From the NCBI GenBank assembly GCA_050125095.1, contig JASFEA010000003.1, positions 1 to 55,304 of the forward strand: a stretch of DNA of 55,304 bases. The letters run 5' to 3'. Below the pieces are notes generated by a model, which made no database searches, was not told the DNA's origin, and saw only the letters and a program-made list of their open reading frames with translations. The stretch is from a bacterium. Lineage in GTDB: Bacteria; Arandabacterota; Arandabacteria; Arandabacterales; JALGWA01. The translations under genes and the position numbers were made by a program. Below are positions 54,918 to 55,304 of the stretch, piece after piece; the first letter of the stretch is position 1; the number at the start of each line of letters is the position of its first letter.

Positions 54918-55304
54918 TCAGCTCTCTTCCGGCGTAAGAAGGTCCTTCACGATCTTACGAACCTGGGAACCTTCGGCCCTGTTGGCAACCTGGGGCATGA
55001 GGAGTTTCATTACCTTGCCCAGGTCCCGCGGGCTCTCCGCGCCCGACTCCTTTACGGCCTTCGCGGCAAGGTCTTTTATCTCATCCTCGGAAAGCTTGGG
55101 AGGCATGTAGCCATCGAGGATCTCGATTTCCTTATGCTCCCTCGCAGCCAGGTCGCTACGTCCGCCCTTTTCAAAAAGCTCTATGGCCTCTCTGCGCTTC
55201 TTGATTTCGGTGGCGATGGTCTTGTAAATCTCGTCGTCCGAGAGGTCGTCCCTCTTGGCGACGCTTGCCTCCTTAAGGCGCGTGCGCAGAAGACGAAGGA
55301 CGCT
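54918..55304 (-). CDS. yqeY: GatB/YqeY domain-containing protein (C-terminal part; N-terminus beyond window end)
   Basis: Own translation in frame to the window edge: ...LKEASVAKRDDLSDDEIYKTIATEIKKRREAIELFEKGGRSDLAAREHKEIEILDGYMPPKLSEDEIKDLAAKAVKESGAESPRDLGKVMKLLMPQV. Confidence 0.85.
   Translation of the reverse strand, partial: SVLRLLRTRLKEASVAKRDDLSDDEIYKTIATEIKKRREAIELFEKGGRSDLAAREHKEIEILDGYMPPKLSEDEIKDLAAKAVKESGAESPRDLGKVMKLLMPQVANRAEGSQVRKIVKDLLTPEES

Noticed and set aside
1-55304. Searched for mobile elements, integrases, toxin-antitoxin pairs, restriction-modification, reverse transcriptases, cas genes and other defence-island hallmarks.
   Set aside because: None of the 44 translated products shows such motifs. 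tRNA genes are present, but no integrase or direct-repeat flanks are associated with them.

Overview
Visibly GC-rich, densely coding chromosomal segment from a diderm bacterium. I call 44 protein genes (40 on the minus strand), two tRNAs and an RNase P RNA. I see no transposase, integrase, phage gene, CRISPR array or recognisable defence gene. There are three blocks. (i) 1-9.7 kb: tsaC (partial), a purine permease, a CDF transporter, purE-purD, an NlpC/P60 lipoprotein translationally coupled to a LarA-family enzyme, and a 977-aa TPR-GAF-sigma54 activator preceded by a small basic membrane peptide. (ii) 9.9-20.8 kb is the only accessory-looking part. It holds MntP, a 757-aa secreted protein with four ~100-aa tandem modules and a FlgD-Ig/T9SS-type C-terminal domain, and a PorV/PorQ-like beta-barrel. 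It also holds two paralogous ~210-aa secreted proteins (single EF-hand loop, shared C-terminal SWGxIKxLY motif) and a ~1476-aa C25 (gingipain/PorU-type) cysteine peptidase fused to CARDB, eight FG-GAP repeats, a beta-helix and the same C-terminal domain. (iii) 20.8-55.3 kb is core housekeeping. It contains uvrD and an outer-membrane biogenesis operon (3-POTRA Omp85, TamB, and an HExxH-peptidase/TolB-propeller/Omp85 chimera). It also contains the conserved rplM-rpsI and rpsB-tsf-pyrH-frr-uppS-cdsA-dxr-rseP strings, mtnA-yjbQ-maf-dtd-pgeF-relA, and rnpB abutting a nif3/Zn-ribbon/RNase H operon. The block ends with tRNA-Val, tRNA-CAT and rpoD-dnaG-mutS2-yqeY. Several near-consensus sigma70 promoters are readable, three of them placing the transcription start at or next to the start codon. 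The best candidate for something undescribed is the 13.4-20.8 kb surface-protein module and its two unknown paralogs. Two non-coding tandem-repeat arrays (37-bp units at 32.15 kb, degenerate 18-bp units at 45.7 kb) are also unexplained. All homology statements come from reading motifs by eye; no searches were run.
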